Positions 12,300 to 23,665 of a DNA stretch of 64,000 bases are shown here, one piece after another (the first letter of the stretch is position 1; every line of letters starts with the position of its first letter). The position numbers were made by a program, and so were the translations under genes. The DNA is taken from positions 12,476,879-12,540,878 of the forward strand of contig MU053881.1 of assembly GCA_013239625.1 (NCBI GenBank), given 5' to 3'. This stretch comes from Lama guanicoe (lineage: Eukaryota). Below the pieces are notes generated by a model. The model saw only the letters and a list, made by a program, of their open reading frames with translations. It ran no database searches and was not told where the DNA came from.

Positions 12300-12540
12300 T
12301 ATGGCAGGCTGAATTATGATCCCCAAAGATGTGTACAGCCTTGTCCCTAGAACCAGTGAATGTTACCAATGTTGCAAAGAAACTCTGGAGGTGTGATTAA
12401 GTTAAGGGTCTTGAGATGGGACGATTGTCTTGTATTATCCCATGGGCCATAAAAGTAACCACCATGGTCTTTGGAAGAGGGAGGCAAGGAGGTGGAAGAA
12501 AGCTATGTGATGATGGAAGCAGCTATTGGGGTGACGCCAC
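12300..12540 (+). mobile_element. MaLR LTR 5' part (MLT1D-like)
   Basis: 'tatggcaggctgaattatgatccccaaagatgt...gtgattaagttaagggtcttgagatggg...attatcc'. Confidence 0.85.
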
Positions 12541-13217
12541 CCACAGCATCACTAGGTAGTATTAATATTCTTCCTGCTTGGATTTAAATGTCTGTTTTCA
12601 AGATACCAGCACTATTGCACCAACAGCACCAAGACCACCACCAGCAATTAAAGTTAATACCAGCAGATGCAGCCATTTGACATCCTTAAACTGTCTGCTT
12701 TTTGTTTTGTTTATAAGCAGCAGAATGTCCATGTTGCTGACTCTGCTTTTAGGCACCAATATCATGCATTCCTTTAAACCAGGTGGTAAATGTCCACATG
12801 GGAGGCACTCTTGGTTTCTGAAGGGAAATGGATAATGTTGGACTACTGGAGTTTGACAGTGACATGCAGAATCCACAGTTCTTAAGAGCTTTGTTGAGAT
12901 GTTGGTTGATTAGATCTTTGATGAAATATTTTCTGGGGACATGCCAGTAGGGTCATCCATTGAGACTGCCCCATTTCTTTTTGTTCCCTAGAGCCAGCTG
13001 CTAAATCTGAGGATTGTGAATAATCTCGTGAAAGCGTCTGGAAGCCATTTAACACAATTATTAACAACAAAGTTTTGAGTTCAGGGGCTCTCTATTACCT
13101 AGTGTGTGACCTTGGACAAGTCACTTAACTTCTTTGAGCCACACTTTCTTCATCAATGAAATGGGGGTAATTATGGTTTCTCATGTACATAAAAGTCTTA
13201 CCAAAGTATTTAGCATA

Positions 13218-14075
13218 GTCAAGACCTTTTCGGTTATAAGTAGCAGAAACACAATTCAGACTTGTTAAGCAAAAGGAATGTGTTTCACATAACTGAAAAT
13301 CAAGTCTAGCCCTAGAATTGGCACTGCTAGATTCCAGAATTCAAAGACTGTTGATTAGAAAGAGAGACTCATTTGTGAGGTAGGTTCTTTCCTTGCAGAA
13401 GGCAGGGGATTCCTTAGCAACCCTGAGGAAGGAAAAAAATCTTTGTCTAAGAGCACTGGCTGAACAGTCCTGGAGAGACCCTACCTTGGCTTCTCTGTGC
13501 ATCCTTGAACCCTCATTACTGTAATCTAAGGGATGGATATGCTCTGATTGGCCAGGCCTGGGTCTCATGCTGGTTCAAATGTCTTTTGTTTGCAAGAGAC
13601 AGAAAATTCAATTCAAACTATTAGAGAAAATAAAGGAAACCTCATGACTCATGAGAGATTTGATTTCAAGTGGGATTCAGTCTACAAACAATGCCATCAG
13701 GGATCAGATTTCTCCCCATCTGTCTGCTCTGTGTCCTATATTTTTGACTTCATCATCAGGCTGAATCCACGGCCCTGACAACTGGAGGTTCTCTCTTCAC
13801 AGGATCAAAATGATTTTGTTTCTCACACCATGTGATTCAGGTTAAGAGCACTCCAGTGCTTCCACACAATTTCTGACGTTTACCCTCTCCCTCACTGGCT
13901 GGCATTGGGTCACATGCGTCCTCCTGTGGCCTGGAGGATGGGATGCATCCATTGCATTAAGCCCAGAGTGGCTTACTTATTCAGCTGGGATGTGGCTAAG
14001 AATGGGGAGATGTATATTCCATAAAGAAAATCAGGGTAGTGTTGGTGAGAGGAGAGAGTTAAATGCTGGGTGGAA
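13218..14075. mobile_element. Two old MaLR LTR remnants (MLT1J/K/L-like)
   Basis: Two 'ggttgcaag...agaaa...ttcaaact'-type starts and 'ctctgattggccaggcctgggtc' / 'gggtcacatgc' motifs. Confidence 0.6.
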
Positions 14076-15336
14076 GTCTATTATGGTGGCACAAACTCAG
14101 TCCAGACGACTTGTAATGACGCTCTCACTTGTAAGGCAGGCTCTGTTATTAGGAATAAGGTAAAGGGATGTTTGTATATGGGATAGGCCAAAGCAGCAGG
14201 TACCTATGGCATTTATCCTAATAAATGTCCGTTATTTCATTAGGATATTATCACCTCATTCCTGTTGTGTAAACTGGGATCCTGAAAGATGAAGTGACAT
14301 CCTTAAGGCAGCAGAGTTAAAAAGTGGCTGAGTTGATACCAACATTTTCAGAAATATATTCTCTATGAAAAGCAGTTACAGGAAGTAGTTACAAGGGCCT
14401 ACAGTGTTCGGTCCAAGTGCCGTATCACGTCGCGGGGAGAAGCGCACAAACATGAACTAATGAACTAAGAGGGCGCAGAAATGGAAGTACTGAGGAGGCG
14501 AACAGGTCCAGAAATCCCAGTTATACTTTACAACGGGATCCTCTGATAACCACTTTTTCTGGCGTCTTACTTGAGGCTCTGTGGTCTAGACCTTGAGAAA
14601 ACGCATTAACTCAACAGCTCTCCTGAGGCCTGAGGCTTTTAGCCACTTCCAGCTTCCCTATTAAGCTAGGGAGGCTAGTCAGACAAGTAGCTTCTTTTTA
14701 GAATCTATTTCTCTTTGTTTTCTCTTTTCAATCATTCATGCTTGCTTTCATGAGAAGTGTCTTTATCAATTTGTGGGAAACCACTTGGCCATTTAATTCT
14801 TCTCAGAGTAATTGAGGGTCAAGGATCATCATCGCTGTAAAGAGAGCGATCGCATTCCCTACGGTCGTCTAAAACATCGCACTCTGACAGTAGAAATGAT
14901 AGGTGTGTCCAGAAAAGAGGTACTGAGACCTTTGTCACCGGAGGATTAGGAGTTCAGTCGTTGGGTGAATAGACTAGACCATGTAGGAACAGCAGCTGGA
15001 CATAAAGCAGTTCCGAGAGCAGCTAGCTAGAGGAAGAAGAACCGGGCAGATGGGACCTGGTATCGATAGAGGATCATGGCAGGCGGTAGGCCTTAGTCTT
15101 GCCTGGTGTTTGAAAGGATGGTACAGCAGGCAGATGGTACTTGCTCAGAGATTTGGATTTTTTTTTTTTTTGCCTTGATATCCTTTGTATCTCGAATAGT
15201 CTTTCTCTGGTAAGGTCTTGTTATATGATAAAGCCTCAGTGTTTCTTAAAAAATGAGCAAAAGTTAACATTTAGAGATGTAGAAAGGCAGTTGGCACCAG
15301 GGAGACTTGGTGGAGGGTAGAGAAGGAACACATCCA

Positions 15337-15417
15337 TAGGTGTGGTTTCCCAGATGCAGGACTTCCAGTGCTAGAACTCAGATGGTCCTGGGCACACTCG
15401 GATGGTTGGCCATCCTA
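15337..15417 (-). mobile_element. MER81-like hAT-Blackjack MITE remnant
   Basis: 'ggacttccagtgctagaac...gtcctgggcacactcggatggttggccatccta'. Confidence 0.6.
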
Positions 15418-16553
15418 GCCCACGAGGTCAAAAGCTAAAGGTGAGATTCTGGGAAGACTAGTAGGAGTAGATGGCATCCATTCTCAACTTCCTAGATGTC
15501 GTATCTGTTTCAATACAAGGCATGTGGACAGTCATGGATCCAGTGTACTTAGGTCACCTCTAGTTTGTGTCTCCTCTAGGATGAGAGATGAGGTTTCTCT
15601 TAAACCTCAGGTTTTTTTTTTTCCCAGAAAAACCAGTAACCAGGTATTACTACTAGAATGGCCATTAGAGATGTACAATATGGTTTGCTTCTCCACCCTG
15701 TCAAATGGGACATATCATTTGGTTTGTTAATAATTTGGCCTTTGGAATCAGAGGGACCTAAATTTCCACCCCTTGACTTTATATGGTAGCTTAGGTGAGT
15801 TACTTAATTTCTCTGTTTATCTCATCTGTGAAATGGGTATAATAGTCCCCATATCAAAGGGCTGTTATGAAGCCTAAGGGATAACAGTGAACCAGTGAAT
15901 AGTAGACAGATATTATTCTATGGTGAGGACTTTCCATCTTTTGCTGACTAAGAAAAAAGAAAAGCTGATGCATGAAATACATTCAGAGTGTTTTAAGCAC
16001 TCATTGAAGTCAGATAGGGATGCACAGTGTGTGAATTATTAAAGAGCAACTAAAATCTAGAATGCTTATGTGATTCTGAGATTTTATTGGAAAAAGCTAA
16101 TGATGAGATGTAAGTTTATTATTTCAAATAATTTTGTTTAAAAGCCATACTGATGTATCAGTAGAGTTAGAAACCAAGCATTTGATATAAGGCTTCCTGA
16201 AAACTGGGGAGAACAATTCCATGCCTCAAAGAATTTTTTGTAAGTTCAGTGTAACTGTCTTTCCAATTAATCGACATTAATTAATGTTAACTTTGATGGC
16301 AATATAATTAACATTTTCTTTCAGAATGAATATATTTCTATCCAGAAAAGCAGATCAACGAGGTGTTTATGAACTAGGAGTCTACTTCAGCATTAATTGG
16401 GATGTTTGATTGCTGAATTTTGCTCTCTATTCTACTCCTAATTATATGCAGCCTTAAACAGGTCACCTATGCTCTTGATGTATTAACTTCCTCGCTTAAT
16501 ATTTTTATTTTTATGGCGGATAAAATGACATATTAAGTGTTTATTATGCAGGT

Positions 16554-16750
16554 CAGTGTTTCTCAATCAGTTGTGCTTTTGTCCCTCAGTGGACATTTGG
16601 CAATATCTGGAGACATTTTTGGTTGTCATAGGCAAGGCAGAGCAGTGCTCTTGGCATCTGATGGATAAAGGCTATAAATAATGCCAAACATCCTACAACG
16701 CACAGGACAGGCCCCATCCTGCCCTCCTCCTGCCATATTAAAGAATTACC
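16554..16750 (+). mobile_element. MER20-like hAT-Charlie MITE
   Basis: 'cagtgtttctcaa...ggacatttggcaatatctggagacatttttggttgtca...aaacatcctacaacgcacaggacag'. Confidence 0.85.
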
Positions 16751-16869
16751 ATGATCACGAAATGAATTGAAGATTTTTCTCTTTTTACCATTGAAGAGCT
16801 AGGAAAAATATTCACAAGTATTCTCTGCCTTCTATCATCCTAAGATTTGTGAATTGATGTGTAAGCAGG

Positions 16870-18000
16870 ATTTTTACGAAGAAATTATGGAAGCCCCTCT
16901 TCATGCTAGGCCCAGTGCTGGGTGCTGGCGTGTAGTGATGAAGTTATAGTTATGGTCTTTGTTGTTCACACAGTGTGGGCTTGTGGGTGAGTGAGTCAAA
17001 GACAAGTAAACAAATAAAGAAATACGTAACTAAGTTTCAAATAAACTGTCATAAGGGAAAACAACAGGGAAGCCTTTCTGAAGAGGTGATAGTTGAGCCA
17101 AGTCTTGAAGAGTAATATGGTGCAAGTCTTTTAAAGGATGGGTAGAAGGATGTTCCAGGTCGTGGGACAAGCGAGTTTACAGGTTCTGAGGTGGAAAAGA
17201 ACTTGGAGCTGAGAAAAGCTGGTATGACCGGAGTGTCGTTAGCGAGAAAGAAAGGCGGTGAAGTGAGATTTGAAAAAAGAGAGAGAGACAGCCACCAGAG
17301 CCTGCGGGCTCTTGGAGGCATGTTAAGGAGCTTGGATGATTTTGTAAATATAAAGAAAGCCGCTGAAAGCATTTAAACAAGGGGCTTACATGTTCTTATT
17401 TATGGTTTTAAGAGGATCACACTGGTATAGGGAGAATAGATTGGATTGAGGCGAGAATAAAAGCAGGAGCTCAATTAGACGTTGATTGCAATAGCCCAGT
17501 CAAGGGTGGTCATGGCTTGGCTGTGGGTAGTGGCAGTGGAGCTGAAGGAAAGCTGGTGGAATCCAGACAGGTTAAACGTAGATTAGAGAAGACTTACTGA
17601 GAAGGTGGATACCTTTAGAGGAGTGTGAAGAAAAGAGGAGTCAAGGATGACTTAAATTTCTGGCTTGAAAAACTGGGTAGATGCAGGTGTCATTTAGTTA
17701 GATGTCAATGACAGATGGGAGGGAGAAGTTATAGGGACAAAAAACCAAGAGTCCTGATTTGGATCTGTTCATATTGAGGTGCTGTGAGTCTTCTAGAGAT
17801 TCCAAGCGAGCAATTGTAGAGTACCTGTCAGGAGCCTAGAAGGGAAGTCAGGTTAGAGATATAATCTGGGAGTCACCTACAAGGAGACGTTAATTAAGGC
17901 CACAGGAAATAGATGTACTCATGCTAGAAGGGGTACAGAGAAGGAACAGCAGTAGGGGCCTGAGACTGAGCACAGAGGGACTTAAATATTTTGAGATCTG
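16870..18000 (-). mobile_element. L2a LINE 3' region
   Basis: Colinear purine-rich L2 motifs such as 'gaggagtcaaggatgact', 'ctggcttgaaaaactgggtagatg' and 'gggagtca'. Continues at ~18605-18885. Confidence 0.85.
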
Positions 18001-18604
18001 GCCCAAAGAAATGCAAAACATTCTATGTTCCCCTTTGTTAAAAATCCCATTGCACCCTTCGCTTTAACCCCCAAATTTAAGTTCTGCATTATCATGCTTG
18101 TTTTGCTCATTGAGGTGACTAATGCAATCCCAGTTTTAGCCTTCAAACTCTAGCCACCTCTAATTGCTGGCAACAGAAATATTGGTGCCACAAGGAAAAA
18201 AACTTCTGCCTTCTCTTGTAGTTACAGAGATTTGTTTTGCATCATAAAATTTTCCTCGCAATGGGTATTTTTAGCAACAGCCTCTTGTAAGACACTGGGA
18301 CTTCACATATTGATGGGTCCTGTGAAGATAACCTTTAGCCTCTAAAATGTCTATAAATCTCATTAGTTTGCTTAAGAATGTGTTGTCCTGGAAATCCTAT
18401 TTAAATTGACATCTTTGTTTTTTAAGAAGTGTAGACACTTGTGAATTTTCTTTGTTAAACCAGACGGGGAGGTGCTTCCTCCACATAAATGAAGGTAACA
18501 CAACAACAACAACAACAACAAAAGAAACTTAAATCTCTGCTAATTTCTTATTTAAACAGAATCTTTCAGAAACTAAAAAAAAAAAAACTTTAAAATTAAC
18601 AGAA

Positions 18605-18885
18605 AGAGCTGGTGAAGGAACTAGCAAAGGAGGTTGAGGAGTCACCAGAAAGGCTGGTGAAATATTAGGAGAGTGGAAGGACAGAGCCTGAATTTAGGAA
18701 GGAGTGTTTCCAGAAAGTGGTCAGTTATGGAGAGCTGTTTAGAAGGTGCTGACTGCAAATGTCCACTGGATGTTTGTAGCGTGGAGGTGATTGGTGATCT
18801 TTGACCAGTTTCAGTGGAACGGTAGAGATGGAAGCCAGTCTGGGCTAGGCCGTCTGGGAGGCGGGAAAGGCAAAGACAGTCTGTG
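18605..18885 (-). mobile_element. L2 LINE fragment
   Basis: 'agcaaaggag...aggagagtg...tggaggtgattggtga...cagtttcagtgga...ggaagccag'. Confidence 0.75.
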
Positions 18886-19962
18886 TGGGGGAGAAGGGAA
18901 AAAGGAGGTGTATAGGGCACCAAAGGGAGCATCAAATATCCTTTAAGCAGCATGAAACCAGCTTGTATCAGCAAGTATCACATGATAGTTTTGTAAGATT
19001 TTTCATTTTCATTTCTATCACTTCTATCAAGTCTGTGGGAAGGTCTTTTAACTCTGTTTTTATTCATAAGGAAATAGATATTCAGTTACATCCTCAAAGT
19101 TTCAAAGCAAGTCAGTACTGAGTAACAGAAGCCAGAGCTTGAAACTAGGTCTACAGAATCAAGGCCCTTTCCTCTTGAGACACATATAAAAGGGGAGGTA
19201 ACGTTAGGGAGAGGAGGAAGTGACCCGAGAACAAAGCATCCTATACCCAGTTAACCAACTTGCCCACTCTAACTGGACCTACACTTGGTTCCCGCTTTTT
19301 GCAAATCAATTGAAATGATGAATGGAGTATGCCTAATTCTTCCCAGAAGAAAGGAGTCCCTAGGTTCATTGCACAATAAAAATGATGCATTTCTAAAGGA
19401 AAATTCAAAGAACCGCCATTTAGGCAGCAGTAAGCAGGAGAGGACAAATTCAAAAGCAAAGTAGCATCTGAGACACTCATCTTTGTGGCTTCAGTTACAC
19501 TGACAAGAAGTGCTGGATCCTGGACGTTTCAGTGTCACTTCAGCCTTTTATGGGCTCACGTGTACATCTTGGTTTCTCAGCAGTTCAGCAGCAACGCTAT
19601 GAGAACCTGAGTGAGCTGGACATAGGAAATGCATCTGTTGAACTCTTGAGCACCTTGAGTTTAAAATTGGAATACCATTTTTATGTCCTATCCCTTGAAT
19701 TTGTCAGACTCTCTTAAAATTAGAATATCTGAATTTGTTCAAGGTATAACAATATTGAAATAAGTCAAATAACACTCAATTGTAATTTCTTACCCTTGAA
19801 TGTATGCAGAAGGCAAATAGTAACATGGAAGCACTAAGAAATATTCATTTAAAAAGAACAGGATTATTTGCTATTTTTGAAGCCTGAACACCTTACTGGG
19901 ATGGTGGTTCTGGTTTAGAAAGATCTAAAAAATTAGTTACGACACATTTAAAATGACAAAAA

Positions 19963-20384
19963 TTACATACTGTATGTCTCCGACTATAGGACATTCTGGG
20001 AAAGGCAGAACTGGAGACAATGAAAAGATCATTGGTGGAGACAGAGATAAACAGGCAGAGCACAGAGGATTTTTAGGGCAGTGAAACTGCTCTGTGTGAT
20101 ACCATAATGATGGATACATGTCATTTTACATTTGTCTAAACCCATAGACAGCAACATCAAGAGCGAACCTTAAGGTAAACGATGGACTTCGGGTGATTAT
20201 TATGCATCAAACTAAGTTCATCAGTTGTAAGAAATGTACCCCTCTGGTAGGGGATGTTGATAACAGGGGAGTTTATGCATGTGTGGGGGCAGGAGGGATA
20301 TGGGAAATCTCTGTACCTTCCCCTGGATTTTGCAGTGAACCTAAAACTGCTCTAAAAAAAACCAAAATCTTACTTTAAAAAAAA
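19963..20384 (+). mobile_element. L1 3' UTR (L1MC1-like)
   Basis: 'acaggcagagcacagaggatttttagggcagtgaaact...atgggaaatctctgtaccttcc...gtgaacctaaaactgctctaaaa' plus A tail. Confidence 0.88.
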
Positions 20385-21163
20385 GATGTCAATTTAAGTA
20401 TTATTTCTGGGGCAACACATGGCGCCAGCTTGTGCGTCAGTGAGGTCGTCCATGCAGCCCGCTCGTGAGCCAACGCTCCCTGTGCTCAACACTAGCCAAG
20501 TGCCTTCTCTCCCTTTACTGAAGCTGCACTCACAGACTTCATATTCTGCCGTCGATGTGATCTACCTCAGAGCCCTATGTACAGTCTACTTATTTGTAGA
20601 CTCCTAATGAAACCATTTAAAAATGCTGTTTATTGTGGAAAATTTTAGTCACTTTTGAAGGTAGACAGGGCCCCTGTATACTTTATGAGAGTAAAAAGGA
20701 CCCTGTGTATGCATCACCAGCTTCAGCATTTACTAATTTGTGACCAAGCATGTTTTCATCTAAACCCTCCTCCATTTCTCCTCCTCCTGTATTGTTTTAA
20801 AGAAATTCTCAGATATTATATTAATGAAGCCTTTTCACTTTAATTTAAACCAGCAGAATTGCATATGTTTGCTTTATATAAGTTGAAAGTATATAATATA
20901 TAATATACATTGTGTTCTCAAATATCATAACTTTCTACCTATTGTCTCCATTGTGGGGCTTGTGATAAATTTACATTTCTTTCTTTAGTATGTATTTACT
21001 TTTTAACAGGTACTATCTGCACATGGCTCAAAATTCTAAAGATTCAAAAAGGTATCTGTAAAAAGTTAAGACTTTCTCCTTCTCCTTCCTCTTCTCCCTC
21101 TCTCTTGCCTCCAGCCTCTGTGCCTGGTTTATGTATTTATTCAAGGATATTCTATGTATGTAT

Positions 21164-21165
<2 letters not shown>

Positions 21166-21207
<42 letters not shown>

Positions 21208-21217
21208 CAGAGAGAGA
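21166..21217. repeat. Compound microsatellite (TG)n(AG)n
   Basis: Directly visible; lies inside an old L1 3' fragment on the minus strand. Confidence 0.95.
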
Positions 21218-22834
21218 AAGAATATTTTTATAAATATTATTTATGGTCTGACTTTGCTTTTTCACATACCAATATGCTTTGGACATCTTTCCTTAACAGG
21301 ATTTATAAAGCATACCGCTGCCTAATTTTTTTCAAGGCTGCATAGCATTTCATCTTGTGATGCTAATATAATTTCTTTAACCCACTTTTGTTGCTGCACA
21401 TGTAAGTTCTTTTCCGTCTTTTGCTGGTATGTGGTATATTTTACATTCATTCCAAGTCTCTAGTGCATTAAAAAAAATGGAATGCCTTGGAACCAATGTT
21501 TTAGGTACATTCTGACTTTTTACCCGTTCTTTATTCTAGTCTCTTTGCCCTAACTTCCTACCCACAGCGTCCTCACCACGTTTTCTGGTGTGTGATTGAA
21601 AATCAAGGGCCATGCCTTGCTCTTAGGGGAGTGGAACAGTGACAGTCAGGAGGCTTAGCTCTGCAGCTCGGCTAAAGTCAGCTCAGCCTGGCAGCCCAGC
21701 ATTATAGGATAGTAGAGTTGAATAGTTTAAATTCAACTTTTCCATTTAATGGTAAACTGAGGCCCAGGAAAATTAATCACTTTACCCAGTAACTCAGAAG
21801 TGTCAATTTCTCTTCTTACTCAGAGGAAAGAGTCACAAAAAAAGACTGAAACAAAATCTAAATATATTTCTTCTTAAAGGAGGATGTAAAGTTGTCTTTA
21901 AGGGTGTGGTTTCTGTACTTAAAGAGTTAAGGAGAAGAATGTTTGGCTGACATCCTGGGAGAAAAGGTGGTGGTTATATGTATGACCTGCCCGTATTCAC
22001 ACAGCACATCCAGCAAGACAGGGGGATAGACTCCTCCTTTGCACTGAGTTCCCCTTAGGGTTCATACTCGTGACATCTTTTCCCCACTCTAAGCCTCTCC
22101 TTGGATGCTCATGCTACCTTATTTTACCAAATAACAGTAAGAGCAGCAGCAACAACCACAGCATTAACAACTAGAACTCACACTTAATATTTGCTGATTT
22201 AACCCTTACAGTCATCCTGTGAGGGAGGTGGGGAAACTATGACGAGTGGAGAAACTCAGGGCAGAGAACAAGAGGAACTTGCCCAAGGCCACAGCTGGTC
22301 CGTATGTAGCCAAGCTGAGATACGGGTTTGGTCAGGCTCCAGAATCTGCATTCTTAAGCCTGACGCTGTGCTTCCCTGTGAAGAACAGTGTTTAGGAGAA
22401 GAGGAATGCAGGTGACCTGGACCAGTCCACAGATGTTTAAATTCTTATCCTAGCAGTGGGGGCCAGGAGATGGACGGACCTGGGGTTCTACACACTTGAG
22501 CCAGGTCTGGATGGGACAGCACTGCTCAAGGACTACCATGGATGCACCAAGGAAGACCATAAAGCAAGCACCAAGCAGGATGCTGTGGTCAAGTCAGGCG
22601 CACAGTTCAGCTGCATGATTAACTGCGGGGAGCTGGGCAGTGTCTGAGGGAGCAGGCTAGACACTGCAGACGTCGGGAAAGACTAACCAAATTCAGTGTG
22701 GCAGGAAAGAGGCTTCTCTCAGAGACATTTCCTGAAATGCTGCAGCCCAACATCAGGGACTGTTTAAAAGGGCTTGCAGCCTCCTTTGTAAGGGAAGAGA
22801 TTTGATAGTGGTGTTGCTTGACAAGCGCAAGTCT

Positions 22835-22935
22835 GCACAATAATCACATGGGACACTGATTAAACATCCAGATTCCTGGGCCCTGTGCTCTGAGATTCTG
22901 AGGCAGAAGGTCTGAAATAGGCCCCTGGAACCCCA
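22835..22935. mobile_element. MER5A-like MITE fragment
   Basis: 'aatcacatggg...cagattcctgggccc...gagattctga...aggtctga'. Confidence 0.6.
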
Positions 22936-23339
22936 TCTCCAGAACTCTGAAGCAAGAGTTGCATGGACCTCATGTTGAGAGACTGGATGAGTGTGGAGAG
23001 GTGAATGGTTTCCTTTTTGTTGCTCTCAAATCCCATTTAGTTAAATGCTGGAAAAGAATGGTGTTAGGAAGTTGCACATTAGAGACTAATTGGGACTACA
23101 GGAAAAGAAGAAAACATATCCCCAGGGCTGTGGGCAGGGGTGGCACTGCCATCTTATTTGTGCGTTGGCTGGGTCCACAGCAATGACTTAGTTGGGGCAG
23201 GGATTCTTCACTTGGTTGTTCCTTCATGCACCTGGGAGTGTCCTGTTTTCTGTCCCCAAGAAATCTGAAGATAAGGGAACAAGCTAGATCCAGAACTTCA
23301 TTTATTCATATTTTCATCATTTGATTATGTAATCAAATA

Positions 23340-23665
23340 ATCAGATATTCATTAGGCACCTATTGTGTGCCAGGCACTGCTCTAGGATTTTGAGGGGTAC
23401 CCAAGTGCACAAGATGGATCAAGTCCTTGACCTCATGGGGCTTACAATCGAGGAAGTAATTGGAAGAGATGGGGTGGCTCAAAATGCTGTCTCTGGGGCC
23501 AGACTGCCTGGTGCAAACCTAGCTCCGCCAGTTACTATGTGACCACTCTATGCCTCAGTTTCCTCATGTTTGAAAAGTGGGTGATAATGACATCTCTCAT
23601 AGAGTTGTAAGGGTTAAATGTGGGAATGCATGCGGAGCTTTTACCCTAGGCCTGGCACGTGAGCT
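23340..23665. mobile_element. L2 tail followed by MIR
   Basis: 'gcacctattgtgtgccaggcactgctctagg', then 'ccagactgcctgg...tgcctcagtttcctcat'. Confidence 0.8.
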
